A stretch of 63,947 bases of DNA, counting the filler, from Reticulomyxa filosa (Eukaryota > Protista > Foraminifera): assembly GCA_000512085.1 (NCBI GenBank). It is 19 parts of 19 records of this genome, joined end to end, with 100 filler letters (N's around TTAATTAATTAA, not from the genome) between each part and the next. Parts side by side here need not be neighbours in the genome. Positions count along the whole stretch, not along the records: positions 23,802 to 29,064 come from ASPP01000540.1; positions 29,165 to 30,234 come from ASPP01012251.1; positions 30,335 to 32,341 come from ASPP01018474.1; positions 32,442 to 34,712 come from ASPP01009561.1; positions 34,813 to 35,907 come from ASPP01028252.1; positions 36,008 to 38,054 come from ASPP01005351.1; 13 more parts are not named here. The stretch is one strand, 5' to 3'. Positions within the stretch are counted from its first letter, which is position 1, and each line of letters opens with the position of its first letter. Shown here in pieces: positions 26,398 through 37,029 of the stretch. The notes beneath the pieces are model-generated. The model made no database searches. It saw only the letters and a list, made by a program, of their open reading frames with translations, and had not been told where the DNA came from. The position numbers and the translations under genes are program-made.

Positions 26398-29064
26398 TCA
26401 AAAAGTACCACCATATTCTTCAACAAGAGACAGCTGCAATGGTGTTGAACCATTTGTATCTTTCCACGTACTCCCCTCCAATGACAAACCAGTACTTTGA
26501 ACGCCACCTTGCCAAATGCATTTCCACTCCTTTTCCAAATATGATACAGATTTTCTATCATCTGAAAAATGATTCAAATTTAAACTACTCGAGTTCTCGA
26601 CTTTGTCCGCATCACTCAAAACAGACGCAATTCTGTTTCCAGAAGATGAAAATTGAACAGATTCAACATCACCTGAATGACCTTCCAATGATTGAATTGA
26701 CTTTCCTAATGATGCGTTCCACAATCGAATGGTATTATCAAGCGAACCAGATATAAGTCTGTTTCCATCAGACGAAAATTGAACAAATAAAACACTATGA
26801 GAATGGCCTTCCAATGATTGGATTATTTTTCCTGATGATGCATCCCACAACCGGATGGTTTTATCTGCTGAGCCAGATACAATTTTGTTTCCATCAGGTG
26901 AAAATTGAACAGACCAAACACTCCCTAAATGACCTCTCAATGATTGAATTAGTTTTCCTGATGATAAATCCCACAATCGAATGGTTTTGTCATGCGAACC
27001 AGATACAATTCTATTTCCATCAGGCGACAAATGAACAGATAAAACACTATGTAAATGACCTTCTAATGTTTGGGTTATTTTTCCTGATGATATATCCCAC
27101 AATCGAATGGTTTTATCATCTGAACCAGATACAATTCTGTTTCCATCAAGTGAAAATTGAACAGACCAAACACTCCCTAAATGACCTTTCAATGATTGAA
27201 TTAATTTTCCTGATGGTGCATCCCACAATCGAATGATTTTATCACTTGAACCAGACACAATTCTGTTTCCATCAGATGAAAATTGAACAGAATAAACAGC
27301 ACCTGAAGGGCCTTTCAATAATTGAATCACTCTTCGTGATAAATCCAACGATCGAACGGTTCTATCATCTAAAACAGATGTTTTGTTTCCGTTAGGGCGA
27401 ACAGTATTTGGATAACAATCGAATAACTGCATTACTTTTCCTGATGATGCATCCCACAATTGAATGGTTCTATCATGTGAACCAGATATAATTCTGTTTC
27501 CATCAGGTGAAAATCTAACAGAGCGAATAGTATTTGAATGGCCTTCCAATGATTGAATTAGTTTTCCGGTTAATGCATCCCATAATCGAATGGTTCCATC
27601 CCATGAGCCAGATACAACTCTTTTTCCATCAGGTGAAAATTGCACAGAAGAAATACCATCTGAATGACCTTCCAATGATTGAATTAGTTTTTTTGATGAT
27701 GCATCCCACAATCGAATGGTATTTTCTGATGAACAAGATACAATTTTGTTTTCGTCCGGTGAAAATTGAACATACCCAACACCATTTGAATGACCTTCCA
27801 ATGATTGAATTAATTTTCCTGATGACGCATCCCACAATCGAACGGTTCTATCATCTGAACCAGATAAAATTCTGTTTCCATCAAATGAAAATTGCACAGA
27901 TGGAACGTCACCTGAATGACCTTCCAATGTTTGGATTAGCTTTCCTGATGATACATCCCACAATCGAATGGTTTTATCAAGTGAACCAGATACAATTTTG
28001 TTTCCATCAGATGAAAATTGCACAGATAAAACACCGCTTGAATGACCTTTCAATGATTGAATTAGTTTTCCGGATGATGCATCCCACAATCGAATGATTT
28101 TATCAAGTGAGCCAGATACAATGCTGTTCCCATCAGGTGAAAATTGAACAGAATAAACATAACCTGAACAACCTTCCAATGTCTGAATTAACTGTCCTGA
28201 TGATGCATCCCACAATCGAATGGTTTCATCTTCTGAGCCAGATACAATTCTGTTTCCATCGGGTGAAAATTTAACAGATAAAATAGCACGTGAATGACCT
28301 TCCAATGATTGAATTTGTTTTCCTGTTGATGCGTCCCATACTTGAATGGTTCCATCCCATGAACCAGATACAATTCTGTTTCCATCAAATGAAAATTGCA
28401 CAGAGGGAACACCACCTAAATGACCTTCTAATGTTTGCATTAGTTTTCCGGATGATGCATCCCACAATCGAATGGTTTTATCATCTGAACCAGATACAAT
28501 TCTGTTTCCATCAGGTGAAAAATGAACGGATCGAACATGGTTTAAATGACCCTTGAGAGAACCGTATTGACCAAAGTTAAGTTGATTGACTGATGCCTTT
28601 GTGAAGTCGGTATTTCTGAGACAAGCTTTATAAAAGCTGACGTAATCTAACATCGCTTCTTTAAAACTTGTTTCTTCAAGGAAAGCATAATCTAGAATCG
28701 CACGTGATATATTTATTTTATCCCAATTTTGGTGACTCATGCTAACTCTTGCTACGTTAAGTATTGTTGCTGCATTTGCTGCAGCAATAGATATGTTTGA
28801 ATTATTTTTTGAAGATTGAATGATTCGAAATAATCGTGATTTCAAATTGGCAAATATCAAATTATTGTCATAAATTCTATCTGCAATAAATTGAATAATC
28901 CCCATTTCTTCATTTAATAATTTACAATTAATAAGAAATTGTTGAGCATCTATTTTAAATTGTTGCTGAAATTGTTGATTATCAATAGTAACACTATTGG
29001 TTTTCCATGAAAGAATGTCAAATATGATTTTTTGTGCAGCATAATATTCTTGACATGATTTATG
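26398..29064 (-). CDS. NACHT(winged helix)-pentapeptide-WD40 (NWD/NLR-like) protein, 5'-truncated
   Basis: The frame stays open to the contig edge, beginning HKSCQEYYAA (NACHT winged-helix motif). It continues with AAANAATILN, pentapeptide repeats and about 15 highly similar 42-aa WD40 repeats. Confidence 0.85.
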   Translation of the reverse strand, partial: HKSCQEYYAAQKIIFDILSWKTNSVTIDNQQFQQQFKIDAQQFLINCKLLNEEMGIIQFIADRIYDNNLIFANLKSRLFRIIQSSKNNSNISIAAANAATILNVARVSMSHQNWDKINISRAILDYAFLEETSFKEAMLDYVSFYKACLRNTDFTKASVNQLNFGQYGSLKGHLNHVRSVHFSPDGNRIVSGSDDKTIRLWDASSGKLMQTLEGHLGGVPSVQFSFDGNRIVSGSWDGTIQVWDASTGKQIQSLEGHSRAILSVKFSPDGNRIVSGSEDETIRLWDASSGQLIQTLEGCSGYVYSVQFSPDGNSIVSGSLDKIIRLWDASSGKLIQSLKGHSSGVLSVQFSSDGNKIVSGSLDKTIRLWDVSSGKLIQTLEGHSGDVPSVQFSFDGNRILSGSDDRTVRLWDASSGKLIQSLEGHSNGVGYVQFSPDENKIVSCSSENTIRLWDASSKKLIQSLEGHSDGISSVQFSPDGKRVVSGSWDGTIRLWDALTGKLIQSLEGHSNTIRSVRFSPDGNRIISGSHDRTIQLWDASSGKVMQLFDCYPNTVRPNGNKTSVLDDRTVRSLDLSRRVIQLLKGPSGAVYSVQFSSDGNRIVSGSSDKIIRLWDAPSGKLIQSLKGHLGSVWSVQFSLDGNRIVSGSDDKTIRLWDISSGKITQTLEGHLHSVLSVHLSPDGNRIVSGSHDKTIRLWDLSSGKLIQSLRGHLGSVWSVQFSPDGNKIVSGSADKTIRLWDASSGKIIQSLEGHSHSVLFVQFSSDGNRLISGSLDNTIRLWNASLGKSIQSLEGHSGDVESVQFSSSGNRIASVLSDADKVENSSSLNLNHFSDDRKSVSYLEKEWKCIWQGGVQSTGLSLEGSTWKDTNGSTPLQLSLVEEYGGTF

Positions 29065-29164
29065 NNNNNNNNNNNNNNNNNNNNNNNNNNNNNNNNNNNN
29101 NNNNNNNNTTAATTAATTAANNNNNNNNNNNNNNNNNNNNNNNNNNNNNNNNNNNNNNNNNNNN

Positions 29165-29457
29165 TGCCGCAAACCGCTGCCCGCTTTGGCGCCAGCAACC
29201 CGGCAGACCCGCTGGAGAACCTGCGGGCAGGCGCGCGCTACCTGCGCTTCCTGCTCACCGAGTTCAAACATGACATGCCCCTGGTGATCGCCGCCTACAA
29301 CGCCGGCGAAGGCAGTGTCGAGCAAGTACCGCAACAGCATCCCGCCCATCCGGAGACCCGGAAGTACGTGGCCAAGGTGCTGGCTTCCTACGAGAAGCGC
29401 ACAGGTCAAAACCGTTGCTGGCGGCACCGGCCACCCCGAATGGCCGGGTACGCGTGA
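29165..29457 (+). CDS. Bacterial lytic transglycosylase (SLT domain), C-terminal part
   Basis: ENLRAGARYLRFLL..AAYNAGEG..PETRKYVAKVL, GC-rich, with small compensating indels. Confidence 0.85.
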
Positions 29458-29507
29458 CCCTGCTGCGGATACTCCGCTATAAGCCAGACGCCTGCGCCCC
29501 GCGCAGC

Positions 29508-29540
29508 AAAAAGGCCGGATCGTACGATCCGGCCTTTTTT
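29508..29540. terminator. Bidirectional intrinsic terminator
   Basis: The perfect palindrome AAAAAGGCCGGATCGTACGATCCGGCCTTTTT lies between convergent bacterial genes. Confidence 0.85.
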
Positions 29541-29553
29541 CATGCTGCTGCCC

Positions 29554-30234
29554 TTAGCGTGCCGCCAGGCTGGCTGCCAGCCGTTTCAGGCTAATGCCAG
29601 GCTTCGCCTTGCTCGACACCCTTGATCTGGCGGTCGATACGCGCGCACTCGGCCAACGCCTCGGTCAGACGACGGGCACCGATGCGCTGCACTGCCGGTG
29701 CGGCCAACCTTTGCTTGTCGCCCCACAGCCGCAGCTCGCCGGCCATGTCGCGTACCTGGCGGCCATCCTTCAGGCCACGCCCCAGCTTGATCAGCATGCG
29801 CACGTCTTCGGTAAAACGACCACAACACCAGCACAGGCGCCTCGCCTTCCGCTTCCAGCCCGTCCAGCATGCGCATGGCACGGGCGGTATCGCCGGCCAG
29901 CCAGCTTTCCGACAAATGGAATACGTCAAAGCGCGCCACGTTGGCCACCGCTTCGCGAATGACGTCCAGCCCCAGCTCGCCCTTGGGGTACAACAGCGCC
30001 AGCTTGTCGATTTCCTGGCGGGCGGCCAGCAGGTTGCCTTCCACGCGGTCGGCAAAGAACGACGCCGCCTCGCTGCCGATCTGCTGGCCCTGCGCCTTCA
30101 GACGGCGGCTGATCCACGCCGGCAGCTCGTTGCGGCCCACCGGGCGCGCCTCGACCAGCACGGCGTGCTTTTCCAGCGCGGCAAACCACTTGGCCTTCTG
30201 CTGGGTTTTATCCAGCTTGGGCAGTTGCAGCAGC
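29554..30234 (-). CDS. holA: Bacterial DNA polymerase III delta subunit, C-terminal part, two apparent 1-nt errors
   Basis: RVEGNLLAARQEIDKLALL..ARFDVF..GEAPVLVLW, then after a shift LWGDKQ..ARIDRQIKG..W and SLKRLAASLAAR*. Confidence 0.9.
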
Positions 30235-30334
30235 NNNNNNNNNNNNNNNNNNNNNNNNNNNNNNNNNNNNNNNNNNNNTTAATTAATTAANNNNNNNNNN
30301 NNNNNNNNNNNNNNNNNNNNNNNNNNNNNNNNNN

Positions 30335-31437
30335 AAAAAAAAAAAAAAAAAAAAAAAAAAGGGAATAAATACAAGGTCATCTGTAATGCCACACGATTCC
30401 AAAGAAATCTTGGCCAAGGAAGGATTGGGCTGTGTGCCGAAAAAATCGCCGAGCATTTGGCATTGTTGGACATTGAGCGCGTTGGTGTTGTAAACGAGCA
30501 TCCACAATTGCGGATGGACCGATAGACTTTGCAAGATCTCGTTCCACGCGACGTTGTCGATAGCCCGGTTTTTGCTCAAATGCAATATTTGCAAGCTGCG
30601 ATTACGTCGCAATCCATTGCACAAGATTTTGACCAAATCTTGCTCTTTGTCACTCCCAACATTGCTTTCTTTTTCTTTTTCTTTTTTGATGTTGTTACCG
30701 ATCTTTCTCAACTTCAAAATCATTTCTTTCTTTTTTTGGTTGGCCAAACTCGTTTGACTCAAATTCAACCACTTCAAATGTTGATACTTTTTGTCGTCCA
30801 ATAATTCGTCTGCTATCACGTGCACCAATTCTACATTCATCTCGACACCCGTCATATTTAGTGATCGAATTGGTTCATCTTTTTTTTTTTTTTAAACATT
30901 GTCACCCCCTTTTTTAAAAAAAAAAAATAAAAAATAAAAATATGTGTACGTATTCAATTTAAAACATGTGCTGTCTTTTGCTCGCTCTTGCATATAACGC
31001 GCCACCGCCAACAACTCCTTTCCCTTTATTGGAAACATTGCCAATGTCAACTTTCGTGCTGTCTTATTCTTTGACAACTGTTCAATTATTATTGACGCAG
31101 ATATATCTTCTTCGATTCCTTGCCTAAATCATTTTTTTTTTTTTTTTTTGCATGTTAATTGCGTTCAATCGATGACGAAGAACGTGCGAGGCACAAAAAA
31201 AAAAAAAACAAACATGAAGTTTTCTATGTTTGCACTAATGACAACTCCATCACTTGGATCGGACACTGTTCCAAATGGATCATCCATATTTTCCCAATGA
31301 AGTTGCAATTTGGAATAACAAAAATTATTACAAAGTCTTTTTTGTCGGTGAAACGTAGCTGCTAGTACTGTCCTTGAAACATTTTGGGTGAGCAAGTTCT
31401 TGTCGATTGCTAAAATATCTTTTGTTTTTTTATCCAT
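30335..31437 (-). CDS. Leucine-rich repeat (RNI-like) protein, multi-exon, 3'-truncated
   Basis: LKWLNLSQTSL, LQILHLSKN and LAKISLESCGITD repeats. Confidence 0.75.
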
Positions 31438-31651
31438 TTTGCCAGGTTCTGTTGCAATCTTTCCAAAGTTATGATTGTTTAAGCAATAGAAAACATAAAA
31501 ATCAAAGAACAAGTTTACACGCGTAAAAATGTCTTGACAAAAGCTGTGACACTCACAATAAACAGAGATAAAAATGCGATAATTCCGACTTACTACATTT
31601 TTTCAAACATAATTTTTGCAAAGGAGACGCAAAACCAGGAAGAAAAAAATT

Positions 31652-32296
31652 ATGAATACAGATGATAATGAAAAGAAGATAACACAGGATGAAATACTAT
31701 CAAATTCTTCTCCAGCTGACAAAGATGTTCCAATTCCAGAGGAAAAAGAGCTAATGAATCCTTGGAACAATCCATATGTGGGAGAAGACGAAGAGTGTTT
31801 GAAAAACCCGCACACAAACGAGAGAGAAACCAAAGAGCACAAGAACCAAAGATTGGAAGTTTTGTCATCAAAAAAAAAAAAAAAAAAAAGAGGAAGGGAG
31901 AGGAAGAGGAGGAGGAGATAGAAGGGAGGAAAAGAAAACAAAAACAAAACAACAACAGCAAGAATACAACAGTGCAAAAAAAAATGGGGGGAAAAAAAAA
32001 GGTCGAACACTTTATCAAAGTGACGAAATCAGTGGAATATTATGCATTTTGGGAATTTGAGCGATTTCAAAAGAAACATCAAGACTATTTGTTGCTTCCA
32101 ATAAAATATCGACAAATACTATCGAGCAAACCAAACTACTTTGCATGTGTGCGAAAAGCAATTTTGTGCAATCAGCATTTCTTAACGCAAGTGATCCAGC
32201 GATCGAATCACTATTTGTCGTTTGATAACCAAAGGATGCCCATGTTCTATCGTGTGTCCCGGGCGGAGCGATCTTCCGAAAGTAATATGGACAAAG
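31652..32296 (+). CDS. Hypothetical protein, first two exons
   Basis: MNTDDNEKK..QRLE | intron 31859-32001 | VEHFIKVTKS..SNMDK splices in frame. Head-to-head with the LRR gene. Confidence 0.55.
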
Positions 32297-32307
32297 TTTA
32301 AACAAAA

Positions 32308-32341
<34 letters not shown>

Positions 32342-32441
32342 NNNNNNNNNNNNNNNNNNNNNNNNNNNNNNNNNNNNNNNNNNNNTTAATTAATTAANNN
32401 NNNNNNNNNNNNNNNNNNNNNNNNNNNNNNNNNNNNNNNNN

Positions 32442-32481
<40 letters not shown>

Positions 32482-33196
32482 CAACCTTGGCGATGGAATG
32501 CTTCCTTGCTCTGGTAACAATGTCCACGTCTTGGACTTGATATCGAAACTCCACAAATCGTTCAAAAATTCTTGTTCGCCACCAAATCCACCAAACAACA
32601 CTAGGCTCTCTTCATTCACAAGCGTCAGGGAATGGCGATCACGCGCGCTTGGAATTTTTCCTTTCACCACGATTTGTGACCAGCAGCGGCTTTTTATGTC
32701 GTATTTATAAAAGTCATTCAAGCACTTCTCTTTGTAATTGCCACCAAACAAATACAAACAACCGTCGTGATAGACGAGGGTGCTTGATTTCCGCGGACTT
32801 GGCACATCTCCAGTTGTGTCAAGTAGCATCCATCCGCGCTGCTTGTCACTTGCTGTTTGTTTCATTTTGTTTTATTTTTGCTGTTTGCTATTTGATATTT
32901 GACATTTCATTATTTGATGCCAAAGCTTTTGACATATTGCATCCTTACTTTTTTTTTTTTTTTAAACTCTTCAAAACCATTAGGTGGTTGTTCGCGCCTC
33001 CCTTCGAACGTCCACCAAAAAGGTATATTTCATAATTGTCGGTATCACTGGCGACAGAGTGAGAATTTCGAACAGTTGGACGACCAAACTTGTCATAGAT
33101 TTGCTCTTCCCATGTCAGCTCAATCTCCTGACCCTCGGCTTGATCACCAGTTTTTCCATGGTTTGTCGATTGCTGCGCTTTTTCTTCTTTCGACAT
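32442..33196 (-). CDS. Kelch-repeat protein, 3'-truncated
   Basis: PSPRKSSTLV..LYLFGG..LNDFYKYD and PSARDRHSL..LVLFGG..LNDLWSFD repeats. Confidence 0.85.
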
Positions 33197-33244
33197 GATT
33201 AATTTAATTTGGAAAGCGAGCTTTTTTGATTATGTTCATTATTT

Positions 33245-33329
33245 TCCAATGAAAAGGCGCCTTTCGCCTAGTCCGCTGATTCACATCGTAGTGTTATAGT
33301 CGATACGTAAAGAGAAAAGAACTGATGGA
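33245..33329 (+). ncRNA. Candidate box C/D snoRNA
   Basis: TCCA-ATGAAAA(C-like)...CTGA(D', 33276)...CTGA(D, 33322)-TGGA. The terminal 4-bp stem abuts the boxes. The C box is non-consensus. Confidence 0.3.
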
Positions 33330-33934
33330 CTTGCATGCTCTTCGGGCGAAGTTTTAGAGCATGTGAATATGGATTTATTCAATCGATTAAACATGAGATG
33401 TTTTGTTTTTGATGCAAATAACTTACACTTAGTTGCAAAGTTTCAATAGAACCAAACACTCTCCACTAAAAGTACAACTTCTTTTCCATGTCCTTCGTTT
33501 TTTTATTTTGTTTTATGCTGATTTTCGTTCAATAGCAAATTTTTGGCTTACAGTTAACGGAAGTATATTTTTTCTTTTCCTTTAAAAATGAAAAAATTTT
33601 AAGGAAACGAACTTTGCAAACTTTCTTAATTCTCTTTAACCGAGTTAAATTTGTTTTATTGTTGATTTGGTCTTTTATGAAAATTGACCTTGTTGCAATT
33701 GGATGTATTTTGCAAGCATCTCCTATAGAACAATTGTAAGAGAAAAAAAGCTGAAATGGACATTATTTTGATTTTAATTGGTAAACGATTAGTGAATTCT
33801 TTGACAAACACCGTAATAATGGTGATAAGAACATAATACGATTGACAAAATTTTTTTTGAAAAATGACGATCGATTTTTTTTTAGAATTGTTAATGTTCA
33901 CAAATGGGAAGTTTCTCATATATATACTTCCACT

Positions 33935-34628
33935 TTATAATGATTTTTTGTCAACGGCATCGACCAAATCGATAGCAGCTTTGGTGATGACCGTGCCAGG
34001 ACCAAAGATAGCAGTGACTCCAGCATCATACAATGCTTGATAATCTTTGGGAGGAATTACACCTCCAGCCACAACCAAAATACTTTCACCACCCTTATTC
34101 TATATTTTCGTTATGTTATGTTATATTCAAAGTCAAAACCGTTTCAATAATTTTAAGTACACAAAAAAAAAAACAACAACAAACCAAACCTTTAAATTTT
34201 TGATCAGTTCGGGAAGTAACGTCAAATGTCCAGCTGTTAAAAAAAAATAAAAATTTTTTAAAAAAAAGTTTCACATTGACCCCCCTCCCCCCCTCTCCCC
34301 TTTTCAAGCATAAAAGTAAGATTAGACAATGGAGCAATGAATGACCTGCTTGAGAACTAACACCAACTATATGGACATCAGCATCAAGTGCTTGTTGTGC
34401 AACTTCCTCAGGCGTGGCAAACAAAGGTCCAACATCAACATCGAATCCCAAGTCTGCCAATCCACTGGCAATGACTTTGGCTCCTCGGTCATGGCCATCT
34501 TGACCCATTTTCGCAACGAGTATTCTTGGTCGACGTCCATGTTTTTTTTCAAACGATTGCACGCGTTTGGCCACATTGTCAAGCAAGTTTTTGTCCGTGT
34601 AGCTGCTTCGATAGGCACCAGAAACGAC
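33935..34628 (-). CDS. MMUT: Methylmalonyl-CoA mutase, C-terminal B12-binding domain, 3 exons, 5'-truncated
   Basis: [39 protein letters not shown]/..[18 protein letters not shown]. Confidence 0.95.
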
Positions 34629-34674
34629 CTTTTTTTAAGTGTTATGTAAAAAAATGCTAAAAAATGTAATATTT

Positions 34675-34712
<38 letters not shown>

Positions 34713-34812
34713 NNNNNNNNNNNNNNNNNNNNNNNNNNNNNNNNNNNNNNNNNNNNTTAATTAATTAANNNNNNNNNNNNNNNNNNNNNNNNNNNNNNNN
34801 NNNNNNNNNNNN

Positions 34813-35907
34813 AAAGAATTGAAATACACACCTTATAAAGGATTGACATTGCAAATTGGAAAAAAACATTTGAGTTGTGAAGAAGTGGAGTACAACATTG
34901 ACCGATTGGTATCAAACATACAAAGATCGGAGGTTGAGACGATTGTTTATCAGTTTGGAATTTGCAAAGAGATTTACTCACTTCGCATGGATTATTGGGA
35001 AAAAGGTGGACGTTTGGATACGTCACCGTTTGAATTAGCAGTGGACAACCCCACAATTATCGAGACTCGTAAAAAAAAAATAAAGCAGTTGCTCAGTATT
35101 TGGAAAAAAGAGTGTCGACGACTGAGGAAATCATATTTTGGATTAACCTATTTCACGATGAATGAAGCACAAAATTTAATTCAAAGTTTTGACAACATTT
35201 GCTCACTCAATCTCGATAATCAACAATTGAGCTTATTGGCCTCCAAGGTTATTTTACCATTTTTGCAAAGATTGAATTGGAGTCTGCAAGATGTATTGCC
35301 CACGGTGTGCACATGGAAAAGATATTTCAAAGAAAGGGCTACAAACAACGATAATATGAGTCGATTAGAGAAGCTTGGAGACATTGTAACAAAAGTTTGG
35401 GAATATTCTGAAAATAACAAAAATGCACCGAACAAGGATTTGGAGCTTCATAGTTTGAGAAGGGGTCGGCCCAATTTGTTTCAAAAGAAACACGACAAAG
35501 AGTTGAATCTTGTCGTAGACTTATTTAAATCTCTTTCAATGATTCCACGAGCAGAGCATGTATTGATTTGCAAAGAAACAACGACGGAAGAAGAGATAGA
35601 GTGCATGTTGCTCCGCGCCTTGCACTGCACACTATTAAGTGATAAAACTCCATTGTATTGTTTGGTTTGGCCCGAAAAATTGAGAATGGAAGTATTGAGT
35701 AAAGTTGTTCAACTATTTCAAGGTTTACTTTTGACATCCTTGCACTCTAGAGCCACTTCCTACTATGTGCTTGCAGTGATTTCTTCGGATGAATACAACG
35801 ATTTGACACGTAGTTTGAAAAGCTGTACATGGAATGTTGATAACTCCATCCACAATGTCCTTAACATAGGCCAGAGTTTGTATTGTAACTCGTTGAACAC
35901 ATTTTTG
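34813..35907 (+). CDS. RNF213/mysterin-like giant ATPase, internal fragment
   Basis: WKKECRRLRKSYFGLTYFT..GRPNL..PRAEHVLICKETTTEEEIECMLLRAL..LYCLVWPEKL resembles the RNF213 segment EVLLCTPATTFEEVALLLRRCL (recalled, not searched). Confidence 0.65.
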
Positions 35908-36007
35908 NNNNNNNNNNNNNNNNNNNNNNNNNNNNNNNNNNNNNNNNNNNNTTAATTAATTAANNNNNNNNNNNNNNNNNNNNNNNNNNNNNNNNNNNNN
36001 NNNNNNN

Positions 36008-36527
36008 AAAAAAAAAAAAACTTGTGCAAGATATACGTTGTTTTGACTATATGCGTAGGGACTAATGTGTTTTGCACAAACTGTTTTGTAACGATAATCA
36101 TATTCTTCTGGAACATGTATCGTGAATTCGTCACTGTCTTTGGCCTCTGAAACGGAAACAATTTTGTCAATGTCGATGCGTCTTTGACATTTATGGTATT
36201 CCTTTGGTTTCAAATTGTACACCGCTTTGTCTGTGATCAAAAGCACTCTTTCTTGCTCTTTGCTTCGTTTATTAATTTTTATCAAATTGTCGCTAAATAT
36301 TACTTTTTCAGGGAGCGGAAAATTGTTTCCTGTTCCAATTTTTGTTTGTGCGATATACAACTTTTTCGTTGCTTTACTTCTCCCCTTTTTTTATTCAAAT
36401 ATTCAAATGGGGTACTTTGCTTTTTTAAAAAAAGACATTTTTCCCGTCTTTTACCCATCTTTGACAGCATCTTTTGGCAATTCGAATTCTTTGCCAAGAG
36501 TAAATGGTCTTCAGAAGCGGTTGCCAT
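36008..36527 (-). CDS. Protein with N-terminal myosin-I tail TH1 (PH-like) domain, 3'-truncated
   Basis: EKVIFSDNLIKINKRSKEQERVLLITDKAVYNL..RRIDIDKIVSVS..EFTIHVPEEYDYRY. ATG at 36527. Confidence 0.75.
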
Positions 36528-37029
36528 TCTTTCCACTGATCCGAAAAGATTGCGATTACGATAAAAAAGCTCAAAATTTTTTACAAGCTTTTTTTACTAA
36601 ACAATTTTTTAAAACACTGGCTCAAGTGTTCATCAAATCGCTTAATCTTAGGAATAGACAAGAACGACGAAACCTTTTGATTATCTCTTTGATAAAAAAT
36701 TAATTAATTTTTCTTTGTATTCCTAAGCAAAATTGACAGAGCTTTATTTTTAATTAATGGTGAGGCAACTATTAAATTAAAATAAAGTGAATACAGAGCA
36801 ATTATATAAAATTGCTAACGTTAAAAAATACGTGAGTATTAGGGCAAACTCTTTAAAAGAAATCGAAAGAAGGAGTACATTTCGGAACAATGTCGAGGAT
36901 TTAACAAATGAACACGAAAAATTCACTCATTGTGAACAAAAGACATAAACAAAAAAAGTAATCTTTAAGGAAAATTTATTATCGTATTTCAAACGAGTAA
37001 ATAAATGAATCAGGGATCTTTTAAAGGTG

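Noticed and set aside
26814-28556. Repetitive + strand ORFs (MMHPTIEWF..)
   Set aside because: They are antisense shadows of the WD40 repeat array.
29165-30234. Horizontal gene transfer into the host
   Set aside because: There is no junction with host DNA, composition is unameliorated and the bacterial terminator is intact.
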